Of a stretch of DNA of 64,000 bases, positions 49,832 to 57,788 are shown one piece after another. A program made the translations under genes and the position numbers. Numbering within the stretch: position 1 is the stretch's first letter; every line of letters begins with the position of its first letter. Below the pieces are notes generated by a model that saw nothing but the letters and a program-made list of their open reading frames with translations, was not told where the DNA came from and did not search any database. Location: positions 1 to 64,000 of the forward strand of contig CAKPBC010000008.1 in the NCBI GenBank assembly GCA_934140155.1, written 5' to 3'. The stretch is from an uncultured Bacilli bacterium (GTDB taxonomy: Bacteria; Bacillota_I; Bacilli_A; RFN20; CAG-826).

Positions 49832-51233
49832 CTCCTGATATATTAGTTATTATTTTTTGAATATCTTCATTGCTAAATCCAAGATTTATCAGATAAGTAT
49901 TAACATCATGATATGTATATCTAAAACATTCTAAAAAGCAAGAAAACTTTTTTTTGGCATCGTGGTACTTTGTATTATGTTCATATTCTCCTCTTTGATT
50001 TTGATATATTTCATCGGTCAATAAATATTCGCAAATGATTTCTTCATCTGAAGAGCCTAATAACATTTCACATAGCATAGCAACGATTCCTGTTCTATCC
50101 TTACCAATCATACAATTAATTAAAATTTTATTACTAGATTCTTTTATATAGTTAAATATATTACGAAACGCCTCTTTTTGAGCCAATAAATACAAATAAT
50201 ATTCATTTAAATTTTTTACAAATTGAATATTATCTTCTTTCTTTTTTTTATTTGCATGAAAAATCGTTATATTTATCCAGTTAAAATTATCAATTAAAAA
50301 GAATGGCTTTTCTTTATCTTTAAAATTTCTTAAATCAATAATAGTAGTTACATTCATGTTTTTTAGAGTATCAATGTCTTCACTATTAAAAGGAATATAA
50401 TCACTTCTAATTAAGTTTGTATTAAAAGTGTTTGCTTTTACAAATCTAGTATTATTTGTAGATTTTAGCAATGATTCAAAACATACAACTCTACCATTTG
50501 TATTAAAATAATTTTCAAATGTATAATAATTCTTACTAAAAAAGAATCGTAAAACTTTTATATTTTGGTTTGGGTTGTCTAAATATAAAATTGCAGCTCT
50601 ATGTGTGCCATCTCTTATAATATTGTCATTATTATAGACAATTATATATTGATTATTCTCGCCATATTTTAATTTTTTAAATGAATCAAGAATTTCATTG
50701 AATCTTTCCTTATGACTTTGATTATGCAAGTTAGTCAATGTTTTTATTTCAAGATTTTCTTTGTTAGTTAAAAAGCATAAATGTTCACTTTCAGATACGT
50801 GCTTTATAGATTTATCTATAGAGAAAATAAGTAAATCTTTTAAAGAAATTACTTCTTCTTTTACATAGAGTAAATATGGTAAATCTATAGCAAGCATATA
50901 TCCCATATATACACCATCTAAAGCATTATAATCCAATCCTGAAACTGGATAATTATTCCTTAAATCACACTTGGTTATTACAAAAAGACTATTAAATTCA
51001 GTTAAATTTAGCAAATAATCTCTATTTTTTAAAATTATCCTAATTTTGTCATTTGAAACATATGCATTTAAGAAAGAATAACTAGCAGAAGAAATAAAAA
51101 AAGCTTTTTTTGTTTTTTTTAAGAACCAGTAAATTTCTTTTTCTAAGCGATACAAAAAAGAAACAAATATTAAATATTCAATTTCATTCATTACTATATC
51201 ATCTTGTTTTATTCGTACTTTAAATTTTTTCAT
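49824..51233 (-). CDS. Two-domain protein with C-terminal Y_phosphatase3-type tyrosine phosphatase domain
   Basis: CMIGKDRTG (CX5R) and TTIIDLRN motif; N-terminal 300 aa unassigned. Confidence 0.5.
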   Translation of the reverse strand: MKKFKVRIKQDDIVMNEIEYLIFVSFLYRLEKEIYWFLKKTKKAFFISSASYSFLNAYVSNDKIRIILKNRDYLLNLTEFNSLFVITKCDLRNNYPVSGLDYNALDGVYMGYMLAIDLPYLLYVKEEVISLKDLLIFSIDKSIKHVSESEHLCFLTNKENLEIKTLTNLHNQSHKERFNEILDSFKKLKYGENNQYIIVYNNDNIIRDGTHRAAILYLDNPNQNIKVLRFFFSKNYYTFENYFNTNGRVVCFESLLKSTNNTRFVKANTFNTNLIRSDYIPFNSEDIDTLKNMNVTTIIDLRNFKDKEKPFFLIDNFNWINITIFHANKKKKEDNIQFVKNLNEYYLYLLAQKEAFRNIFNYIKESSNKILINCMIGKDRTGIVAMLCEMLLGSSDEEIICEYLLTDEIYQNQRGEYEHNTKYHDAKKKFSCFLECFRYTYHDVNTYLINLGFSNEDIQKIITNISGDE

Positions 51234-52191
51234 AAGGATTTTTAGTTGCCTTCCCTATTTTGCTAAAATCTATGTACTTCGCCATATCTAAATTAGATTC
51301 ATAAGGATTCAATATTGCAATTCCGCTAGCAGAAGAAAATGTTAATTCGCCAAAATATATTTTTTCGCCAACGGCATACAAATCCACTCTAACAAAATCA
51401 AAATACAAAGAAAGTTCAGATGTGATTTTTTGCATTTTATCTAACACATTAACATCTAACTTCATATCAATCATTTTATACTCAGGACACTGGAAATATG
51501 TCATTTCATAATTTTTATTAAAAATCGTACGTTTATGATTATTAAATCTATTAGTGTCAACGGAAAAATACTTCATATCACCATTAAAACAAAAAAATTT
51601 ATAATCTGGCAAATCATTTGAATTGGCTAAATATTGTGTAATAAAAATACATGGTTTTATATTTTTGTATTGCATTTCGTATCCATGGCAATAAGCATAA
51701 TTAATCTGCAATTCTTTATTTAGTTTCTTTTGAAGCTTAAAAAAACCTTTTTTCCCTAATTTGTCTTTACTACGAACAATATGAGTCATATGTGCTCCAT
51801 GATTGCATTGAATGACAAAACTATTAGGTAATTCTTCAAAATTAATTTCCATAGCATTATAAAAATATTCTTTTCCATTATTTTTAATAATTGGTATCAA
51901 AAAATCTTCACCTATTGTGTTTTTTATGAAACTTCTAACTAAATATTTATCTGTGCAATATGTTTTTATATAATTGTCATTTTGAAGTTTTAAAACTTGC
52001 TGCTTTTCTGTAAATGTTTTAGGATTATCTAAGTCTAACTTTAATCCTGTTTTTTTATAGTACCAACATTTTAAGTACTCTTCTTTTTTATTTGTTCTTT
52101 CAAACTTTAATTCACGTCTTATTTCTTTTTTCCAAATTTCAATATAAAAAATATTTTCTTTAAGCCATTTAATTAATTTCATTGTTATCAA
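51220..52191 (-). CDS. ATP-grasp amidoligase, TupA-like family
   Basis: DLPDYKFFCFNG and RVDLY..GELTFS signatures. Confidence 0.5.
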   Translation of the reverse strand: MITMKLIKWLKENIFYIEIWKKEIRRELKFERTNKKEEYLKCWYYKKTGLKLDLDNPKTFTEKQQVLKLQNDNYIKTYCTDKYLVRSFIKNTIGEDFLIPIIKNNGKEYFYNAMEINFEELPNSFVIQCNHGAHMTHIVRSKDKLGKKGFFKLQKKLNKELQINYAYCHGYEMQYKNIKPCIFITQYLANSNDLPDYKFFCFNGDMKYFSVDTNRFNNHKRTIFNKNYEMTYFQCPEYKMIDMKLDVNVLDKMQKITSELSLYFDFVRVDLYAVGEKIYFGELTFSSASGIAILNPYESNLDMAKYIDFSKIGKATKNPYEKI

Positions 52192-53587
52192 TTCCTAAAA
52201 TCGCATCCGCAAGTTTATTCTGTTCTAATTTATACGATACTTTATGTAAAATACTTTTTAATGCAGAAGAACATTTGCAATAATATACAGGCTCACGCAA
52301 CTTTATAATTTCATAAAAAAAGTCATCAATTGTATTTAGGTACTTAACTCCAATGTTGTTGCCAACAATGGTATGTATAACTGTTAGTTTATTATTTATT
52401 AAAGTTGGAAGTCCAGCACTTATGCCTTCAAATATCCCACGGCCAAAAGTTTCCCAATTTGATGTTGAAATATTAATATCACATAATTCTAATAAAGAGG
52501 CTAACTCTTCTTGTAATATAGATATATGGAATATAATGTATTTATCTAAATTATTAATTAATATATAATGTAGCATTTCATCATATATCTCTTTTTCTTG
52601 AATAGTGGTCACTAAATGTAATTTTACTCTTATTCCATTTTTTATTAATTTGTTCAATAATTCAAGTTGCATTATATTGTTTTTTTGTTTTTTTATAGAA
52701 CCTATACAAATTAGATTTATTTCATCTCCACATGATTTTCTGATTCTAAAATGTATATGCGTGTCAATTCCTCTATATATAACATTGATTTTATCTTCAG
52801 ATATTAGATATTCACTTATTAAATCTTGTTTTTCTTCTATTGATGGAGTAATAATTTTATTCACAGATTGTAATACATTACATTCCTGCTTTGAATATTC
52901 TATGGGTACAAATTCTCCAGCACGTTGATATGAATGAGTACAAAACATTGGAAATAATATGGTTTTTTTCCAAAACGATTCTCCAAAATCGCATCCAAAG
53001 AATTTACTTACATGCGCAGTTACAACTTTATCATATTTTTCAAAATCTTTTAAAGCTTCAATGTTTGTATCTAGATTTTTTAGTCGCCTTATAAATTTAT
53101 TATTAAGAGCATCCTTATACCTATAATAAAAAACATTTTTAATATAGTTATTAACATATATTTCATTGTTTTTTCTTATAAAAGCAACATCCAATTTACA
53201 TCTTTTTTTTAATGTGTCTATTAGTTGTTTGGCTAAAATGCTACCACCATCTATATCCTTTCCATATCCGGGAAATTTTCCCAAATAAAGTAAAACTTTC
53301 ATATCCGATCTTAAGAAATCATTATATGCTTTATTCAATGCACAAACAAATGGATGATGGCCTCCAATAAATTCTATGCACTCATTAATGTATTTAATCT
53401 CGTCACATAAAATATATTGTAAATTATAATCCGTATTTTGTATTTTATGTCCAATATACACTGAAAAGTCTTCTTTTTTCACTTTCCCATTAATAGAAAA
53501 ATCTTTCAACTTAGTAAATCTATTAACTAACTTTTCATCTTGAAAAAATTTTTTATAGCAATAATTATCTAAAATCAATTTTTTCAT
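52169..53587 (-). CDS. Glycosyltransferase family 4-like (C-terminal GT-B domain) with N-terminal extension
   Basis: ETFGRGIFEGISAGLPTL (E-x7-E). Confidence 0.55.
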   Translation of the reverse strand: MKKLILDNYCYKKFFQDEKLVNRFTKLKDFSINGKVKKEDFSVYIGHKIQNTDYNLQYILCDEIKYINECIEFIGGHHPFVCALNKAYNDFLRSDMKVLLYLGKFPGYGKDIDGGSILAKQLIDTLKKRCKLDVAFIRKNNEIYVNNYIKNVFYYRYKDALNNKFIRRLKNLDTNIEALKDFEKYDKVVTAHVSKFFGCDFGESFWKKTILFPMFCTHSYQRAGEFVPIEYSKQECNVLQSVNKIITPSIEEKQDLISEYLISEDKINVIYRGIDTHIHFRIRKSCGDEINLICIGSIKKQKNNIMQLELLNKLIKNGIRVKLHLVTTIQEKEIYDEMLHYILINNLDKYIIFHISILQEELASLLELCDINISTSNWETFGRGIFEGISAGLPTLINNKLTVIHTIVGNNIGVKYLNTIDDFFYEIIKLREPVYYCKCSSALKSILHKVSYKLEQNKLADAILGIDNNEIN

Positions 53588-53812
53588 AAATTACACTCCG
53601 CCTTAAATACATTTTAATTAACTCTAAAACAACTTATAATCTTCCTTCATTATTTTGAAAAAAATACTCTTCAATTTAATACACTTAATAAAACGAAATA
53701 AATAATTATAGTTTTAGTTCTTTGTTTTTTATTTAATTAATCTAATAATCTAAATTTTTATAATTAATGTTAGCAACAACAATTAAAACATAATCAAATT
53801 GAGTTTGTTTGA

Positions 53813-54349
53813 TTACGTTAAATTCATTATTTTTTGCACTTGATTGGTTTTTAGATAAATTTGTCTATCAAAATCAAAATTATTCTTTTCAATTGGAATA
53901 CCTAGAACACTTTCTAACAATTTGTATTTAGTATCTATGGTATAAGAAAATAATTTTAAATACTCAGAAAACATGTCGATCATTAGTATATTAGAATTTT
54001 TCAAACTCGACAATAAGCACCTTTGATTTGAAAATAAAACTGTTTTTTTCGCGTGACATGCTAAATAAGTAAACAAATAAAAATTCTCATCTACAATTGC
54101 ATAGTGCTCATGTAAATCAATATTTTTTAATTTTGAAATTACTTTTTGGTTCATTTTTTCTCGAATGTTTTTTGGAAAGCCAGACACAAAAACCACTTTT
54201 TTTAAACTATTGTACATTTTTTTGGCAACATATGTTTTCCCAATACATGGTTTTCCAACTACAATGATGCTATTCGAATTAGACTTCATTATCGTTTGTA
54301 AAATTCCGGTTTCATATTCATTTATTTTCTTTAACAAATTTATATCCAT
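53813..54349 (-). CDS. Small P-loop NTPase
   Basis: VVGKPCIGKT Walker A. Confidence 0.4.
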   Translation of the reverse strand: MDINLLKKINEYETGILQTIMKSNSNSIIVVGKPCIGKTYVAKKMYNSLKKVVFVSGFPKNIREKMNQKVISKLKNIDLHEHYAIVDENFYLFTYLACHAKKTVLFSNQRCLLSSLKNSNILMIDMFSEYLKLFSYTIDTKYKLLESVLGIPIEKNNFDFDRQIYLKTNQVQKIMNLT

Positions 54350-55487
54350 ATTTTCGTGAATTAATAATTTGAATTCTAATCCATTTGTTTATTTGCATAA
54401 GTTGATTATTTTCAACAATTTCATCTAGACGTTTTATTAAATACGGGAAGAATCCCTTTACAAATCTACACAACTGAGTATCAGAATTCAAAAGAGAGCC
54501 ATTTTCATTATATGCATGACAATTGGCACCACCATTGCAGTATAGATAAAGATTGCATTTTGATTTACAATTTTTTCTTCTAATTATTGATTTTTTAACT
54601 ATTTCTTCATATTTTTGCGTTTCATAAATATCACTTATTTTATTAACTTCATTTATGTTAGTAATTTTAAAATCTTCATCTGAAAACCTTGTACAATTAA
54701 AAATATTACCATTTGGATCAATACTAACCCACTTATAAAGGCAACCAACTAATTCACATATTCGCCCTTTAGAAGATCCTAAAATTGTTAAAACATACTT
54801 TGCAAGTGGTGTGAAAACAGGACCATTTTTATCGTAAAGCCAATGTTCAAAAAGTTTTTTAAATCCATCTAAATATTCTTCATCATTCATTAAGTAAGGA
54901 ATGGCAGTATTTGAGTTCTTCATTTTAAATATTGGATTTAATTGAAATGGTATATTCTTACTTTTAAAATCTTCATATATATCAATTAAATGTCCAATAT
55001 TCTTATTAGTTACAACACAAATTACCGGAACAATGTATCCGAGTTGCTTGGCTTCTTTCATCCTACTTTCAACAATTGATGTTTGTTCTCTTAATACATT
55101 ATTATAAAATCCATCATATGAAAAAGAAAAAATAAATTTATTTTCGAGAAGAAATTTTAAAATCTCCCCTGTACATAAAACACCATTTGTCTGCAAATAA
55201 TTGCGTATTATAGTTCCTTGGGCATATTTTTTTTCGAATTCTAAAACTTTTTTGTAAAAATCAATTCCAAGCAAAAGAGGTTCTCCACCAAACCAATTAA
55301 AATCAACTTTTTTATAATTAGTTACATAAAAGCGAATTATTTTCTCAACTGTCTCTATACTCATTTTAGATTCACAATAGTTTTGTCCGGCCTCATAGCA
55401 ATGTTTGCATCTCATATTGCAAGACAAAGTCACCTGAATAATTACAGAAGCATATGACCCGTCAAGAAAATTAGCATTCGTTGACAT
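54318..55487 (-). CDS. Radical SAM/SPASM-domain peptide-modifying enzyme
   Basis: CNMRCKHC (CX3CX2C), GGEPLL, C-terminal SPASM cysteines (CELVGC..NCTRF..CKSKCNLYLYCNGGANCHAY); start overlaps precursor stop (TAATG). Confidence 0.7.
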   Translation of the reverse strand: MSTNANFLDGSYASVIIQVTLSCNMRCKHCYEAGQNYCESKMSIETVEKIIRFYVTNYKKVDFNWFGGEPLLLGIDFYKKVLEFEKKYAQGTIIRNYLQTNGVLCTGEILKFLLENKFIFSFSYDGFYNNVLREQTSIVESRMKEAKQLGYIVPVICVVTNKNIGHLIDIYEDFKSKNIPFQLNPIFKMKNSNTAIPYLMNDEEYLDGFKKLFEHWLYDKNGPVFTPLAKYVLTILGSSKGRICELVGCLYKWVSIDPNGNIFNCTRFSDEDFKITNINEVNKISDIYETQKYEEIVKKSIIRRKNCKSKCNLYLYCNGGANCHAYNENGSLLNSDTQLCRFVKGFFPYLIKRLDEIVENNQLMQINKWIRIQIINSRKYGYKFVKENK

Positions 55488-55681
55488 TAAAAACTATCGC
55501 CCCATGATGGAGTGTCAGCCCAACCATGATCTCCCCAAGAATCGCTCCATTCACGCCAACGATTTCCTGAATCATCTTCATTTTGCAATTCATCATAAAA
55601 ATTGCTAGAATCTTCATATAATGAATTCCATTCTGCCAATAAAGCATTGCTGGTTTTTTCATTATTTATAAAATCATTCAT
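55487..55681 (-). CDS. RiPP precursor peptide candidate: acidic leader plus C-terminal core with five W-x-(D/E) triplets
   Basis: Core GNRWREWSDSWGDHGWADTPSWGDSF; strong RBS AGGAGG; translationally coupled to rSAM/SPASM gene. Confidence 0.6.
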   Translation of the reverse strand: MNDFINNEKTSNALLAEWNSLYEDSSNFYDELQNEDDSGNRWREWSDSWGDHGWADTPSWGDSF

Positions 55682-55701
55682 AATTAAATCCTCCTAAAAA
55701 A

Positions 55702-55731
55702 ATTATACCCCCCCCCGTAGCATTTTGTCAA
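55702..55731 (-). promoter_or_regulatory. Promoter TTGACA-18-TATAAT with G9 homopolymer in spacer (candidate phase-variable)
   Basis: Minus strand reads TTGACAaaatgctacGGGGGGGGGTATAAT then tttttAGGAGG and ATG. Confidence 0.55.
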
Positions 55732-55746
55732 ATATAATTTTGCCTT

Positions 55747-55824
55747 GAAGTGCTATGAAGTGCTATTAATAAAGTAGACACAATTTAGCATTTATGTAGA
55801 CAGTTATATGTCATTTGTAGACAT
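55747..55824. repeat. Intergenic direct-repeat array: GAAGTGCTAT x2 tandem, then TGTAGACA-type x3 with 22-bp phasing
   Basis: GTAGACA at 55774, 55796, 55818. Confidence 0.6.
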
Positions 55825-55857
55825 TAATTTTATAATTGTATACAGAAAGGAGCTTTT

Positions 55858-56034
55858 ATGAACTCTACAAAAGATGAAAAAATAGAAATTGGTCGTCAAA
55901 TTTGCACTCATGAAATTACTATAGGTGATGCCGCTGAGAAATATAGCCTTAATTGGTATACAGTAAGAGACTATATGCGTCAATATAGAGATTTAAATCA
56001 TCTTCCACCAATGTCTGATGGTAAAGTGAAGTGA
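55858..56034 (+). CDS. Small HTH protein (58 aa) resembling IS3-family OrfA N-terminal HTH; unlisted in ORF track
   Basis: RBS GAAAGGAG; EKIEIGRQICTHEITIGDAAEKYSLNWYTVRDYMRQYR pattern. Confidence 0.45.
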   Translation: MNSTKDEKIEIGRQICTHEITIGDAAEKYSLNWYTVRDYMRQYRDLNHLPPMSDGKVK

Positions 56035-56101
56035 AAAATTTAAAAATGTAAATAAAATTCTTTTTTGTTATTATTTTTATAAATTGATTAAGTAACGAAT
56101 A

Positions 56102-56308
56102 TTAAAACTTTGGTAACAAAGCCGCTAATAAATCACCTTCACCGATTCTTGTTCCATATTCATCATAAGTATAAGTCCCATCAAATCTACCAATTCTACG
56201 ACCATATCGATCATAAATATATTTGTTATTTCCTTGCTCATCGGTTCTGCCTATTATAGTTCCATAACGATCTTTTAAATATTTAGTATTCATATAATAT
56301 TCCTCCAA
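56102..56308 (-). CDS. Small repeat protein with three YD-like DRYGxxIGRxD repeats
   Basis: KDRYGTIIGRTD / YDRYGRRIGRFD / YDEYGTRIGEGD. Confidence 0.45.
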   Translation of the reverse strand: MEEYYMNTKYLKDRYGTIIGRTDEQGNNKYIYDRYGRRIGRFDGTYTYDEYGTRIGEGDLLAALLPKF

Positions 56309-56332
56309 TTTTCGAATATAAAACCAACTTTA

Positions 56333-57334
56333 CTAATTTGCCAAATTAGGTACTGGTACCTGAAAATTATTAACATCTGCAGTAATGAGACTACTACCAA
56401 CAGTATGTTTTACATTCATTGTTTGACTATTAGCAAGACAATATTTGTATTTTGCTGATTCCGGCTTTCCGTCATCCCAAGTAACATCAACACCATACCA
56501 ACTAGTAATGTTTTTAGTATAATTCCACATATGCCCAACATTTTCAGATATTCCTACTACAGTTATAGTTTCAATTTCTACTAAATCAGAAAGTAATTGA
56601 TATGTTTTAGCATATCCTTCGCATACCGATCCCGTAGAATTATCATTATCAATCGCACCAAGTATATTATGCGCGTGCTTATTAGTGGATGGAGTTCCAT
56701 CTACATATTCGTAATAGGTAGAATCGCAAATATAGTCGTGAATAAAACGTGCTTTTGTAACATTTGAAGAATTATTTACCGATTGAAATTTAGAAAGAAA
56801 ACCATTTTTATAATTTTCAATTTTAGTATTATATGTTGCTCTAACAGAAGATGATATATACTCGTCATCAAAAAGGACATTAATTACATCACAAAACATT
56901 CCATCGATAACACCCATAGTATATTGAAATCCATTTTTCAAAAAATAAAATTCCGGATTATTATGTAAAAAAGAAAAGTAAACTGCTTTTACCACATCTA
57001 AATTTTCATATTTAATTTGACAAATAACTTGCGAATTATAATCAGCGTTATTTTCTAATACATTTTTGCAAGCACCATATAAGTTTTGATACAACGATAT
57101 CGCTTCATCTTTGTAAGCAGAATAAATCGAATTATCTTTAAATTGTAAATAATCATAACGCTTAATATCATAATTATATGATGGCGCTATACTATTTGCG
57201 ATACTATTAAAATTAGAACTTTTATCAGCACTTGGAAAATGAATAAGCATATCGCAAGAAGATAACAAAGAAGATATTAGCCCTAGCCCAATTAAATATT
57301 TAGATTTATTATTTGTTTTAATCTTGTTATTCAT
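56333..57334 (-). CDS. Transglutaminase-like cysteine-protease-fold lipoprotein
   Basis: Lipobox LLSSC; Cys in GVCEGYAKTYQ, His/Asp in HMWNY...WYGVDVTWDD. Confidence 0.5.
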   Translation of the reverse strand: MNNKIKTNNKSKYLIGLGLISSLLSSCDMLIHFPSADKSSNFNSIANSIAPSYNYDIKRYDYLQFKDNSIYSAYKDEAISLYQNLYGACKNVLENNADYNSQVICQIKYENLDVVKAVYFSFLHNNPEFYFLKNGFQYTMGVIDGMFCDVINVLFDDEYISSSVRATYNTKIENYKNGFLSKFQSVNNSSNVTKARFIHDYICDSTYYEYVDGTPSTNKHAHNILGAIDNDNSTGSVCEGYAKTYQLLSDLVEIETITVVGISENVGHMWNYTKNITSWYGVDVTWDDGKPESAKYKYCLANSQTMNVKHTVGSSLITADVNNFQVPVPNLAN

Positions 57335-57449
57335 AAAATCCTCCGTAAATATGAAACAACTAGCATTTCATTTATGCACATATATATTAGTTTATTTATT
57401 AGCAATTAGTCAATTTATTTAAACAAAAACACGACTAATCATAACTAAA

Positions 57450-57715
57450 AAATCGTTTTACTTTTTATAAATTTGACATATAATAAATACGTACTTAGAT
57501 GGACCGTGTTATGGCACGTAAAAGCTAAGCTGTGCTTGGGCAGGTTAAAATACCAAGACAAAGTATTTATAATACTTCCTTATAGTTAGGTGAATACTAT
57601 AGTCCACGATTAGACTTAAAATTCTATCGACTATAGACATTCGAAAGGGTGTTGGGGCTCTTAGCCAGCATAAAACCATTAATCAACCAATTACGAGAAT
57701 ACTTTATGTATTCTC
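57450..57715 (+). ncRNA. Candidate structured small RNA ending in rho-independent terminator
   Basis: No ORF over 60 aa on either strand; GC-enriched relative to flanks; terminal GAGAATA-CTTTATG-TATTCTC followed by T6. Confidence 0.3.
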
Positions 57716-57724
57716 TTTTTTAAT

Positions 57725-57780
57725 ACCAGCAAATAAAAAAATGTATCCTAAACTTTAGGTAACAAAGTCTAAGATACATT
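57725..57780 (-). terminator. Terminator after tyrS (long hairpin AAATGTATC..GATACATTT then U-run)
   Basis: Inverted repeat 57738-57780 followed on minus strand by T7. Confidence 0.55.
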
Positions 57781-57788
57781 TATAATAA

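Noticed and set aside
52353-53094. Three plus-strand ORFs opposite GT4 gene
   Set aside because: Antisense shadows
55471-55662. 63-aa minus ORF overlapping the precursor peptide in another frame
   Set aside because: Alternative frame of the precursor. It lacks an RBS, whereas the 55681 ORF has AGGAGG and is coupled to the rSAM
57440-57460. TTGACATATAAT resembling fused -35/-10
   Set aside because: There is no spacer between the hexamers, so it is not a functional sigma-A promoter as written. It may still mark the start region of the candidate ncRNA
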